Source: Octopus bimaculoides (lineage: Eukaryota). Taken from it: 64,000 nt of DNA. The notes under the pieces are model-generated. The model searched no databases, was not told where the DNA came from, and saw nothing but the letters and a program-made list of their open reading frames with translations. The stretch covers positions 128,554,989 to 128,618,988 of the forward strand of contig NC_068984.1 of the NCBI RefSeq assembly GCF_001194135.2, written 5' to 3'. Made by a program: the position numbers and the translations under genes. How positions within the stretch are numbered: position 1 is the first letter of the stretch; each line of letters opens with the position of its first letter. Positions 47,301 to 60,699 of this stretch are shown in pieces.

Positions 47301-48222
47301 CCACAAGAAAAGAAAGGTCTAATTAGACATATACTTTTCAATACTCCATGTTTAAAATTAAAAAAAGAAAAGAGGTGGGTTAATCACACATAGAAGAACT
47401 TTGATAAATGGCCTGTTGAATGAAGGTTAACCTAGGTCCAGCAACAACGACAATACCGCACTACGTAAAGGGTCAGATAAAGACATACCTATGTGTGCGT
47501 GTTTTTGTGCATGTCTTTATCCTCCCTTCCGCCACTGCTTGACAATCGCTGTTGGTTTGTTTACGTCCCCGTAACTTAGCAGTTCGGCAAATGAGACCGA
47601 TGGAAGCAGTACTAGACTTTAAAAATAACTGCTGGCTTCGACCAAAACCCGTCAAAGCAGTGCCCCAGTATGGCCGTAATCTGGCGATTGAAACACGTAG
47701 AAGGTCAAAAGTCAAAGACAACAGATACAACGGGATCCTCCGTCAGATAGTATTACACAATCAAAATGCTGATGACATTGAGGTGGAGGTATTATTACAC
47801 AATCAAATGAGGCGGACACGGGAAAATCATCTTGCAGCTGTCATCACCTTCGAAACTTGTTCTCATTCCCTGATGTCAATGAAGTTGACATGGGAATATT
47901 TCATGTCAGAAACGTCTTGTTCGCTAAATAGGTAGTATACAAAAGCATATTTTTGTGCATGCTTCCGTGCCTGTTTGCATGTGTGCAGGCGTTCTGCGTA
48001 GTATCTGTATGTGTGTATTCATGTCTCCCGTTCCACGTGCACACACAAATATGTACGTCTGTGTGTGTGTGTACGCCCGCGCGCGTGAGCGAGTAGATAA
48101 GGTGACCTCGAACCTGTCCTCAAAAACGGAATAGAAAATCAACGTAATAGCCTTTCTATGCCTATATGCCCACACACATCACACATCAATTACACGCATT
48201 ATCAACATATACCCATATATGC

Positions 48223-48260
<38 letters not shown>

Positions 48261-49440
48261 NNNNNNNNNNNNNNNNNNNNNNNNNNNNNNNNNNNNNNNN
48301 NNNNNNNNNNNNNNNNNNNNNNNNNNNNNNNNNNNNNNNNNNNNNNNNNNNNNNNNNNNNNNNNNNNNNNNNNNNNNNNNNNNNNNNNNNNNNNNNNNNN
48401 NNNNNNNNNNNNNNNNNNNNNNNNNNNNNNNNNNNNNNNNNNNNNNNNNNNNNNNNNNNNNNNNNNNNNNNNNNNNNNNNNNNNNNNNNNNNNNNNNNNN
48501 NNNNNNNNNNNNNNNNNNNNNNNNNNNNNNNNNNNNNNNNNNNNNNNNNNNNNNNNNNNNNNNNNNNNNNNNNNNNNNNNNNNNNNNNNNNNNNNNNNNN
48601 NNNNNNNNNNNNNNNNNNNNNNNNNNNNNNNNNNNNNNNNNNNNNNNNNNNNNNNNNNNNNNATATATATATATATACATACATATCTATATATACGTAT
48701 ATATGTATATATGTGCATACATGCATACAGACACACACACACGCATACACACACGTTACATTACAAATTTGTATTAGTTAATTAGATATTATAAATAATC
48801 TGTTAATACATTACATCCAAAGTATCAGCATACACCGTGCGCACTCATTATCAACGCACACACTGTCATCTCATGCCATATGCAACATGAGCGATTGAGG
48901 GAGCCTCTTGTTGGTCGATTGACTAGCAAGAAATAGTACCCCAATCACACTCTATCAGTATATATCATATACTTCATTATTGGCACCTTGGGTAAGGCGC
49001 TAGCAACTCCTTAGCCTTCCGTGCTAAAGATACGGTGAAGATGTCAGCTGGACGACTTTGGATTAACTGACAAGGCGGAGGAGTTTTAAGTGCCCTAGGG
49101 CAACAGCTTGAAGTTTATTCCAGTCAAGTGGTGATCTGTACTATCTGACAATGGTTGGACTTCGTCTAGCAAGTGAACTGCTACTGCAGGTCAACCTCAA
49201 CGCCAACCATGCTCGCTGCACTCTTGTACACCACTTGGTACTTGGTGTAGAGGCCCAGAGAAGCAGTCTGGTGGTGGTGGCAGTCGGGTGGCGATGCCAA
49301 CTACCTTACTCATTGTCAAAGGCATTTTGTTCCAAGTGAACAAAGCAGTGAATGCCGATCCTACGTCGGACAGCCGCCGACGATATGCTTTATTATTGTA
49401 CAGTATATACACGCTTTATTAATATGTCTTTCGTCTTGAG

Positions 49441-49789
49441 CAGGGGTTCTCAACCGTTTTTTATCTATGGACCTCTTCGATTACTATTTTATTCTGATGG
49501 ACCCCCATAGCCATTCGATATTTAAAAACTAGTTTTATTAAAAACCTCTTTCAAAATTCCTATTTTATTTTTTACACATTAACTTGTGTAAAGTGAACTA
49601 TGTAAAATGTTAGAGAAAGAAACCTAGCATTTCTTGCCATACGTACCAATACATACATCTAATGCAAATTTCTTTCAGGGGCCTTTAAAATACTGTTGTG
49701 GATGCCTAAGTTGCTATTTTGCGGTGAGGAACCCAAAAAATCTTGCATGAACCCTCAGGGGCCATATGGATCCCGGTTGAGAACCACTG
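49441..49789. mobile_element. hAT MITE
   Basis: TIR CAGGGGTTCTCAACC / GGTTGAGAACCACTG; TSD gtcttgag / gccttgag. Confidence 0.85.
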
Positions 49790-50089
49790 GCCTTGAGGAA
49801 AGAAAATAGTCCTACATAACGTGAACAGATGGAACCCGTTAAGTATAGGTTTGTACAATCACGGTTGATACACAGCTAAGCGACAATAATAACAACGGGA
49901 CAATGATTCACATATTAGCAATGTACGATAAATACACACATCTTTAGCAAACAATATAGACACCCTGTTAATAACTCATATTTATATACAGTCAAGTTAC
50001 ATACAGTTCCTTTTATGAGAATATTTTATGCATGGATATTGTGAAAACATTTCGTGTACACTCCGTGTCTTAATTCTCTATTACCCACA

Positions 50090-50302
50090 AAGGGCCAGGC
50101 ATAGAGGGGACAAACACGGACAGACAAACGGATTAAGTCGATTACATAGACCCCAGTGCGTAACTGGTACTTAATTTATCGACCCCGAAAGGATGAAAAG
50201 TAAAGTCGACCTCGGCGGAATTTGAACTCAGAACATAACGGCAGACGAAATACCGCTAAGCATTTCGCCTGACGTGCTAACGTTTCTGCCAGCTCACCGC
50301 CT
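50090..50302 (-). mobile_element. SINE family A copy (young)
   Basis: Reverse complement of 26871-27080. Confidence 0.85.
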
Positions 50303-50669
50303 TATTTGTATACATATATACACACAAACACATTCACACAGATGCACACACATTTCATAAATTACTTATAATAAAAATGTTTTAATTAGTAGCCTTAATG
50401 GGACATTCTCAGACATGTTTACTCTACCTCATTTTTATAGGTTTAAACAATGTAAACATTTTGGAAAACAGATTTTCGTTGGAACATTTTTGGAAAAGAC
50501 TGCCGCGAGGAGGCACAAATCGCAATGAACAGAAGTAGAGAGTAGAGAGAACATGTCATTGAAGAAGTCGCAAATGTTGACGAAAAGACTTTGGCCAACA
50601 CGAATGATTGAGTGATTAACACAATGATTAATCTGTTGTAGGGATAATAGTAATAATAGTACACCCCTG

Positions 50670-51030
50670 TGTAACAAGTGGTATGTGCTAGTCGCTATAA
50701 ATAAGGTGACATCGGTCAGTATAGGGAGAGAGTACGAAGTAGACGGTCATAGATAGTCGTGGTCTTACTTGTCTTACGAACTATACTGCTATACCAGAGT
50801 AGGCGTTATAATAATCCGACATTAAGGATTACAACAGTGGCGACGAAGAATTAACAAACTCACAAAAGTTTTTACTGTGCAAATTTTACGGGAAAAAAAT
50901 CGTAAAATTATGGAGAATTTGTTGGCCGGTTTGCTCGAGATGCAAAACAGTAACAACAGCAACTAAAAGAACAACAACAGCAGCTACAACCGCAAGAACA
51001 ACAGCAGGAACATCTTTTATACCAAGACAA
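50670..51030 (+). mobile_element. Truncated LTR retrotransposon 5' end: LTR + PBS + gag start
   Basis: TGTAAC...TACAACA (50670-50836) contains TATAAATA, then a TGGCGACGA primer-binding site (50838-50846), then ATG MENLLAGLLEMQ followed by a frameshifted Gln-rich tract. Confidence 0.7.
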
Positions 51031-51109
51031 AACATGTATATATTAACACTTCCAATGAGTTAAGATCAGAAACCATCAGGACATTAATTATTATTATTAT
51101 TATTGCCTT

Positions 51110-51300
51110 ATTGCCGGGAAAATTGCTTAGTGGCATTTCGTCCGCCATTACGTTATGAGTTTAAATTCTGCCGAGGTCGACTTTGCCTTTTCTCCTTTCG
51201 GGGTCGATAAATTAAGAACTAGTGAAACACTGGGGTCAATTTAATCAACTAGTCCCCCAACCCAAAATTACAGACCTTGTACCTATAGTAGAAAGGATCG
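51110..51300 (+). mobile_element. SINE family A copy
   Basis: Matches family A. Confidence 0.7.
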
Positions 51301-51379
51301 TTACTATTGTAGGCTTTACGTACGTCACATCGCTCGCAAGTTTGTATGTTTGTTCATGTCATATAAACTTATAAAAGTT

Positions 51380-51380
51380 G

Positions 51381-51438
<58 letters not shown>

Positions 51439-51447
51439 ATCTATCTA

Positions 51448-51498
<51 letters not shown>

Positions 51499-51780
51499 GT
51501 CTATCTGTGTGTCTGTCTGTGTGTGTGTCTGTCTGTGTGTGTGTCTGTCTGTGTGTGTGTCTGTCTGTGTGTGTGTCTGTCTGTGTGTGTGTCTGTCTGT
51601 GTGTGTGTCTGTCTGTGTGTGTGTCTGTCTGTGTGTGTGTCTGTCTGTGTGTGTGTCTGTCTGTGTGTGTGTCTGTCTGTGTGTGTGTATGTCTGTGTGT
51701 GTGTCTGTCTGTGTGTGTGTCTGTCTGTGTGTCTGTCTGTGTGTCTGTCTGTCTGTCTGTCCATCTATCTATATATATAT
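51380..51780. repeat. (TATC)n-(TGTC)n tract evolving into a 14-bp higher-order unit
   Basis: tgtgtgtgtctgtc is repeated more than 15 times between about 51505 and 51740. Confidence 0.9.
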
Positions 51781-51863
51781 ATGATATTACTCTGTATTAC
51801 ATAATATATGTGTTTATATATATATGCATAAATACACACACACGAGAAATAATGATTATCATC

Positions 51864-51920
<57 letters not shown>

Positions 51921-52056
51921 ATGCTGCTGCTGCTGCTGCTAATGATGATGATGATGATGACGATAGTACTGATAATGATGATAATTAACGAGCCACTCCG
52001 CATCAGATCAAAACACTGGGAACAATAAAATAATGACTAGATTATTTGCAAGCGAT

Positions 52057-52087
<31 letters not shown>

Positions 52088-52651
52088 GCAATAACAACAT
52101 CGCCAATAACAACAGCAATAACAACACCGCCAACAATAAACGGAATCCAAAGAGTTCTCCTCCTGTCATACAGATGTAGATAAAAGATTTTATCCCTGAA
52201 TTGTGACAGTTACGAGAGCAGACACTCCTGAAATGCTGCAATATTAATTGTAATCCACATTACAGTTTTACTGACATATCTCATAAATTAAAGAAACACT
52301 CATAAAGAATGAGTAGCACACACGATATATATTTCTCAGTTAAAAAAAAGTTATTACGATGTTACCAAATTGTTATCACACTGGCGCAGGCTTGCCTGTG
52401 TGGTTTAAGAATTTTGTTTCGTAGCTACGTGGTTTCAGGTTTAATCTCACTCGACTACGCAGCATCTAGTAAAGTGGGGTTTTTTTTTCTACTCTAGACT
52501 CAGATCGGCTCAAGCAAACCTTGTTTGTGTGTGAAATTCGGTTGAAGGGTTCTGTTTAAAATTCTTCCAGCCACTTGAAAATCTTTGTAATGCCCCGCTC
52601 ATCCGATGCCCCTGTGGCAAATAAAAGAAATCAACATCATCACCGTTGTTG

Positions 52652-52733
<82 letters not shown>

Positions 52734-53130
52734 GTGAGAGAGCAGTGCATGCCATCAAAGTGACACTGGGGTAAAATATACGANNNNNNNNNNNNNNNNN
52801 NNNNNNNNNNNNNNNNNNNNNNNNNNNNNNNNNNNNNNNNNNNNNNNNNNNNNNNNNNNNNNNNNNNNNNNNNNNNNNNNNNNNNNNNNNNNNNNNNNNN
52901 NNNNNNNNNNNNNNNNNNNNNNNNNNNNNNNNNNNNNNNNNNNNNNNNNNNNNNNNNNNNNNNNNNNNNNNNNNNNNNNNNNNNNNNNNNNNNNNNNNNN
53001 NNNNNAATTCGAGTAGCCCATCCGGCTCAAAAGGTCCCTGAATAAGGTTTGTTTAAGGATGTTGAGCAAAACACCCATGTTTCCAAAGGTGAATTATTCA
53101 AACCTCAAAGAATTCCTCTCAACACATGGC

Positions 53131-53209
<79 letters not shown>

Positions 53210-53722
53210 GCATGTACACGTGTACGTACGTGATGATTGTTCTATCTTCACATATGATTACTGTCCCTCTGTGCTTTCTTGTCAATATAATAGTTGACTT
53301 TCCATCCATGACTTCTCAGATGAACATTCAGTCCACTGCTTTGTAACTGTGTGTTTCGATCGATCTATCTATCGATCTATCGATCCCTCGATCCATCCAT
53401 CCATCCATCCATCCATCCATCCATCTAAGCACAAACATACATATAAGCATAAATATTCATATACACGTATAAATGGACAGATACACGTATAAACACTCAC
53501 AGACGTATACACGCGTGCATAATGCTGATACATATACTACCACTACCATCACTAGCATCACTCGTCCCATCATCATCATTACTAAAACTACTACAATCAC
53601 GGCTACAACCACTATCATCATCTACACTACTATACATACAGATATATGTACGAACGTATACATACATACATGCACACAATATATTTCCATATTTTATCTA
53701 TCTACCAATCTACTTATCTCTC

Positions 53723-53768
<46 letters not shown>

Positions 53769-53867
53769 NNNNNNNNNNNNNNNNNNNNNNNNNNNNNNNN
53801 NNNNNNNNNNNNNNNNNNNNNNNNNNNNNNNNNNNNNNNNNNNNNNNNNNNNNNNNNNNNNNNNNNN

Positions 53868-53921
<54 letters not shown>

Positions 53922-54609
53922 CGTGTGTGTTGGAAATTGAAAGTATTGGAGCTTTAGGAAATTAAAGAAATGGTTGGAGATGACAGCAGCAAATATAAAT
54001 TATATATCAGTTTTCCTTTATTTCCTATATGACAACAGAAAATAGACATCTTCCGGTCTTGTTGGTACATTAATTCAATATTAATTAAACAGACACAGTT
54101 CGTCCGTATAGGTTTGAAATATGACAGAATTCAAACAGAGGATGCAACAGATCTTAGTTTACAACATCAATCAAAAATGTGCAGGTTAAGAAATATAACT
54201 TTGAAAACACAACAGTCAATGATAACAAGTTGGTTACGCGATATCAATAATAAGTGAAGTGTGCATAATGTCCTTTGAGAATATGTTTATATTTTCTTGT
54301 TTTACAAAAGTCAGTTGACTACATTGAGTTATCATTTATCTTTTACTTATTTCAGTTATTGGACTGAAGACATACTGGAGCAACACCTTGAAGATTTTTT
54401 TTTAGTTGAACGAATCTACGCCAGTATTTATTTGAAGTTTGCTACTTATTCTTATTTCTTTACTGCCCACAAGGGGCTACACACAGAGGGGCAAACAAGG
54501 ACAGACAAACGGATTAAGTCGATTATATCGACCCCAGTGCGTAACTGTGTATGTGTGTCCGATTTTGTTTATATACCTCGAACTGCTTCTAATTCATATT
54601 TGAATATAT

Positions 54610-54613
<4 letters not shown>

Positions 54614-54679
<66 letters not shown>

Positions 54680-54753
54680 TAATAATAATAAAAATAATAA
54701 TAATAATAATCTATGGATGGAGTTTTAAAATATTTTATAAATTCCATCCATGG

Positions 54754-54808
<55 letters not shown>
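54614..54808. repeat. Palindrome with (AAT)n/(ATT)n arms and a unique core
   Basis: (aat)n-ctatggatggagttttaaaat|attttataaattccatccatgg-(att)n, centred at about 54731. Confidence 0.85.
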
Positions 54809-57639
54809 GCATATTTATTTTACGTTGTATCGCTCAGCTCGGTACAGCCCCATAAAACTGAGCTTTTCCAAGTGTAATAACTTGTCCTGTACTTTTTCAG
54901 GTTTTTAATCCTAAGAATATTGTTTCTCGTGCTCGCATTTTCCCATGTAATCCATGTTTTTTTTCCAGGATATGCTATTATGTTAATTAATAATGTGTCA
55001 AATGTTTCAATTAGCAGTGTCGTTGATAATTTTTTCCTTACCTCAATGATGCCGGTGACATATTAAAAGTCCCCTTATAGAACTATATTCATAGAATAGT
55101 ATAGAACTATATTATCACCCTCAAATATGAAAAACAAACTCTCATAACTTTTTTCTTTTAAAACTTCATTGTATGAAATTGATACCATGAAATTCCTCGA
55201 ATTGAGCTCTATCATTTAAGCTTAATTAAAATATAGTTTGCTTTTAAAATAAAAAAGTTAATTGCATTTAAATCCAATTTTTTGCTTTACATCTTTTTCA
55301 AGATATTTTACCTTACAACTTTTTTGATACAAATTTTTGTTGCATGGAACCAAAACTATGAAATTCCTTAGGCTTTCTTCTATTATTGAAGCTAAGATAA
55401 ATATATTTTGCTTTTAAAATAAAAAAAAAAGTTATTTAGATCTAAACTATAACGTTGCAACAAATTTTGATGTAAACTTTTTTCTACTGGAACAAATCTC
55501 AATTTTTTACGCCAAAATGTAGCTAGAGACCAATCCTCTTCAAAAATGTTAACAAATTTCAATTTGGTTAAGAACTGAATTAGCGACAAGCTCTGAAAGA
55601 TGCTGCGTGTGAGTAAATTGCGACCTTAAGAATATTATTCAATTGCTACTGTAGTTGAATGATATATAAGGAATGTAAATGCTTAAGGTTTTCTCGAGTT
55701 TTTTTTTATATACACAAAACTATAATAACCGCATTTCTGCGATGATATTTTATAGTGGATCGCGAGCAAATTTATAACATGTCAATTCAATCAGTTGTAG
55801 AACGAACAAATCTCGATGAACTCCATAGGTTTTCAATGTAATTTGTAGGAGCCCGATGAATATAATTTACAAACTGAATTCAATGCTTCAGGCGTACGTG
55901 ACTGCGTCCTATCGGGTTAAAGGTATTTAAAAATGACATACTGAGCGGAAATAAACGCTGTCAATAAACATTTATAGTTTATGGTCTAGATGTTGTCATG
56001 TCCGAAGAGTTCAGTAGAAAAATGGCATGCCGGGATAATAACGAAGGACCATTCAATGTACATAACGACCTTGAACACTTTCTCCTCAATCGATCGAAGA
56101 AAGAGTTTTTCTGCGGTTTAAGTTCTTCAAAAGGATCAATGAACTCAAGGGTAATGAAATCGATGCCATTGACGTAAAATGCAGCTGTGACAAGGTGACA
56201 CATTTTACATTGTCTGTAGGTATGTCACGCACATGTGTTGCATATTGCTATATACCCAAAGCACGTTATATGTGTAAGGGACGACCGTGCGAACTCATAA
56301 AAGGAGAAATGGTGACGAATGGAAAAACAGAGGACTCCTTTTATTTAAACGCGTCACACGGTCGAACACACAATAATATATCGAAGATGATATACTAATA
56401 TGTTATGCGACGATAACATAGATGACCAGTAATGAAAGACCACAACCGTATTAGATGAATAACAGAGATATTTATTGTGGCGTTAAAGATGTATGTCTGT
56501 GTGAGAGTGTGAATGCGACATATAAGAACATAATCAAAGACAGGCCGTCATACAAAGAAAAGTGTGTATGTGAGTGATACATGTGTGTATGAGTGTTTAC
56601 AGCAGATAGAAAGAGAGTCAATAACACGTGAGCAATTATACCAGTTCTTTAGTACACTATAGGAAAAGTTCTGTATGTNNNNNNNNNNNNNNNNNNNNNN
56701 NNNNNNNNNNNNNNNNNNNNNNNNNNNNNNNNNNNNNNNNNNNNNNNNNNNNNNNNNNNNNNNNNNNNNNNNNNNNNNNNNNNNNNNNNNNNNNNNNNNN
56801 NNNNNNNNNNNNNNNNNNNNNNNNNNNNNNNNNNNNNNNNNNNNNNNNNNNNNNNNNNNNNNNNNNNNNNNNNNNNNNNNNNNNNNNNNNNNNNNNNNNN
56901 NNNNNNNNNNNNNNNNNNNNNNNNNNNNNNNNNNNNNNNNNNNNNNNNNNNNNNNNNNNNNNNNNNNNNNNNNNNNNNNNNNNNNNNNNNNNNNNNNNNN
57001 NNNNNNNNNNNNNNNNNNNNNNNNNNNNNNNNNNNNNNNNNNNNNNNNNNNNNNNNNNNNNNNNNNNNNNNNGAAGCTGCTGAAGTGGTCGCTGGAACTG
57101 CTGCTGCTGTCGTGTGGTACACGGAACAGTTCTCAAAGAGAAACTGGACCGAGACAAATTTGTGGGGTATGAGTTGATCTATTTATAACAAATTATTGGC
57201 TCCCGATGGCTTCAGTTTAATACTCTATCACGTGACCTTATTAGGGGCTGTGATTGGTCAGTTTGCGTTCTGGCGGGAACGGTTCGAAGAAGTTGCCGAT
57301 TCGAATAATAATCAGTCACGTGATGACAAGGTTAATGTTTTCCCCTACGTTCGCGTTTGTTTATATTTAAATGAGAAGAATGGCGATAGCAGTTTTGTAT
57401 CTAATGGCGATAGTTATTAGAGACGATAGGTAGTTTCACTACATATGTAACTGCTATTACGTGTGCAAGATGTGAAGCTGATCCTCCATATGCACTGACA
57501 TGGTTGAAACTACAATGGACGGTGAAAGCACTCGATGATCATTGGTTACTTACTACCCCGAATGTCATATCCCCATGACCTCTACTCTTCCCCACTGTCT
57601 CACTTTAGGTGTGTGCGTTTGTATACATATATATGTATG

Positions 57640-57661
57640 TATGTATGCATTAGTGTACACA

Positions 57662-57736
<75 letters not shown>

Positions 57737-57908
57737 TAAACTATTCTGATAAAAACAATTTTTACAGAAATTTCGGTCAAGTAATGCGCGACAAAGGTAG
57801 TTCTCGAAACATCTGAAACCAGAATGTTCAATGTATCACAGATAGAATATGTGTGTGTGTGTATACACACACACACACATACACACACATATGTGCACAC
57901 ACACACAC

Positions 57909-57939
<31 letters not shown>

Positions 57940-58267
57940 CTTATGTGTTTGTATGTTGTGGGCATACGTGCGCGTGCATACACGCACACACATACACAGG
58001 CGCATATATTTATGTATGCCTCGAATTGTTTGTTTGATTCACTTAGCTTACATACATACATACATACATACATACACACATACATACATACATACACACA
58101 TACATACATACATGCATACATACATACATATATATACGTTTATATATATATGTGTAAGTTCATATATATGTGTATACATGTATATAAGTATCCACGTACG
58201 CATAAAGATATGTACATATATTACATATATGTATATATATGTGTTGATATTCATATAAATTCATGCT

Positions 58268-58346
<79 letters not shown>

Positions 58347-58460
58347 ATATGTATGTGTGTGTGTGTATGTGTTTATATATACATGCATACATACATACAA
58401 CTATACATAAGTATACACATATATGAGCGAGTGTGTGTATATACGTACACCTATGTAATC
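57640..58460. repeat. Compound (CA)n/(TA)n/(TACA)n tract
   Basis: Directly visible. Confidence 0.9.
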
Positions 58461-59087
58461 CGCCTTACTGAACACCTACCCAGCCACCCACCTACTCGTC
58501 TCGTGTATGTATATGTTTCCATGTGTTTAAGAGTTAGCTGAATGAAATCAAAAGCTGATAGCAAGAAGTGGTTCTAACCGGTTTGAGTAGTCTCTAGGTA
58601 TGTTAGCTGATACCATTAGCCGTTTTATTTCAAACACCTCGAATTGGCATCCCTCCTACACTGTCAATGTTTACGCAATGTAATACTCACACACTATATG
58701 TGTCATCTGCTCTGTTTTTGCCTTACGTACATCTACGTTAGCACCTACAATTCACTCCAATGATATCAGTTTTCTTCAGCTGATTTTTCAAACATTAATT
58801 CGCTGTTTGATGTATTATCGCTTGGTTAATAAAAGTCTTTTAAGAATTCATCATGAACTGACGGGAAGGTAAATGGTTTTAAGATTCAAGACTGTCGACA
58901 TTCGGATTCAAAAGCAATTTTGAGCGATTGGAAGTAAGTTGAGAATAATGACAATAATCCTTTCTCCTATAGGCACAAGGCCTGAAGTATTTGACGAGGC
59001 GGCAAGTTGATTACATCGATCCCAGAGCTCAACTGGTACTTATTTTATGAACTCTGAAAGGATGAAAGGCATAGACAACCACGTTTA

Positions 59088-59119
<32 letters not shown>

Positions 59120-59364
59120 CACTTACAAATACATACAGAGACCAGCTAACATGCATTTTGCAAACACAATCTATAAGGAGACCAGTAAAAATATGCAAGG
59201 CTTTTCTAAAGTTTAACATAACTCTTATCTTTGTTGCCACTCAATTTCCAGCAAAAAGACTTTTGTTTCTTTGTTAAAAACCAGAATTCCAATAATTAAA
59301 AGAAATAGGTTTAAGGTTACTTACTTTCATATATGTAGGGGTATATGTAGACATGTTTATATTT

Positions 59365-59400
<36 letters not shown>

Positions 59401-59425
59401 ACACACAGACACACACAGACACACA

Positions 59426-59518
<93 letters not shown>

Positions 59519-60699
59519 GTGTGTGTGTATTGATGCATTCATACATACACACACAAGTGCATATATATATATATATATATATATGTTGGCATATACATAC
59601 ATCCCAGCACAAGAAATATTAGTGGAACGTTCCTATTAAAACGTTCACCCAGTAGACTTAGATGTCTACGATAGAACACATAAACTAAATAATATTATGG
59701 GGGTTAGCTTCTCGAATGGATGTAAGCGTTTCAAATTTAGTAAGAAGAGAAATTTTATAGTCATCTGCTTGGAAATCTACAACTCGTTCCAGATTATATA
59801 TTACATTCGTACGTATAGTCAGTCGCTGGTATACTTGTTTATGATACTTAGTTTTAAACAACAGTCTGGGTTTCAGACAAAGAAAAAGATCATTTAACTT
59901 GTCTGCTGTAAAATCAATACGTAAAAGTAAAAAATGAAAATATGCAAGATCTTTCTCTATATCAAGATAAAATTCTATATTTTTGTCGTTATCTAAATTA
60001 CAATGATGAGATTTGTTGTCTTTGTTACAAACAAGGCTCACAATGGAATAAGTAAAAGAATTAAAAACGAGACATACATACAAACATGCATAGTATTATA
60101 ATAATATTCTCAAATACACACATACTAATTCTTGGTAAGAGTTTAATTTTCCCGCCCATTTACGCAGCAGTAAGATTACAATCGGAGAAGCTTTATCCCT
60201 TATTCGTCACATTAGTCTATTGCAAGCGTTATAGCAGTGAGAAACCGCTGGTTTGAGGTGACATATGGACTTTGGAAAAAAGATATTCCTGTAAAATTAT
60301 GTTATAGAAACATATCTTTAAGCATTTTCCTAAAATTAAAAGACATATATTTGTGTAAATAACACTTCAATAACAGAATTATTACCGAAATTAAAATTTT
60401 GGCTCGTCGTGCTAAAAAGATTTCTCATTAATGCCCGTGTCTATGAAAGATACGAATATGTTCATCCTGGGCTTTTTATCTGCGACAATGAACTAACAGT
60501 CTAAAGCACAACTATGCTATTTAAGCTATCCACCACGATTACAGCTTAGTCGTCGACTGCTATATATAGTAGCCAAGCGTCGTGTGCTATCGATTGAGGA
60601 AGGAGAATGGGTGCGTCTTCCATGAGGCGTGAACAACTACCCATTAAACTGTCTGTAAGGAGATTCTCACGCCTCTATTTTCCGTATGTCGAAAACAGA

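Noticed and set aside
47870-47920. Hammerhead-like tgacatg/catgtca stem followed by GAAACGTC
   Set aside because: The upstream core is too decayed (TCAATGA) and there is no stem I pairing. At best it is a fossil.
54112-54184. Plus-strand AG...GT bounded segment open in two frames
   Set aside because: Splice signals are weak and the peptide is unrecognisable; expected by chance.
56120-56219. AIDVKCSCDKV resembles the cyanase AIDFxCSVDK motif
   Set aside because: Short match only. The flanking conserved cyanase motifs (FGDGIMS, GKFL/YLP) are absent, so it is likely chance.
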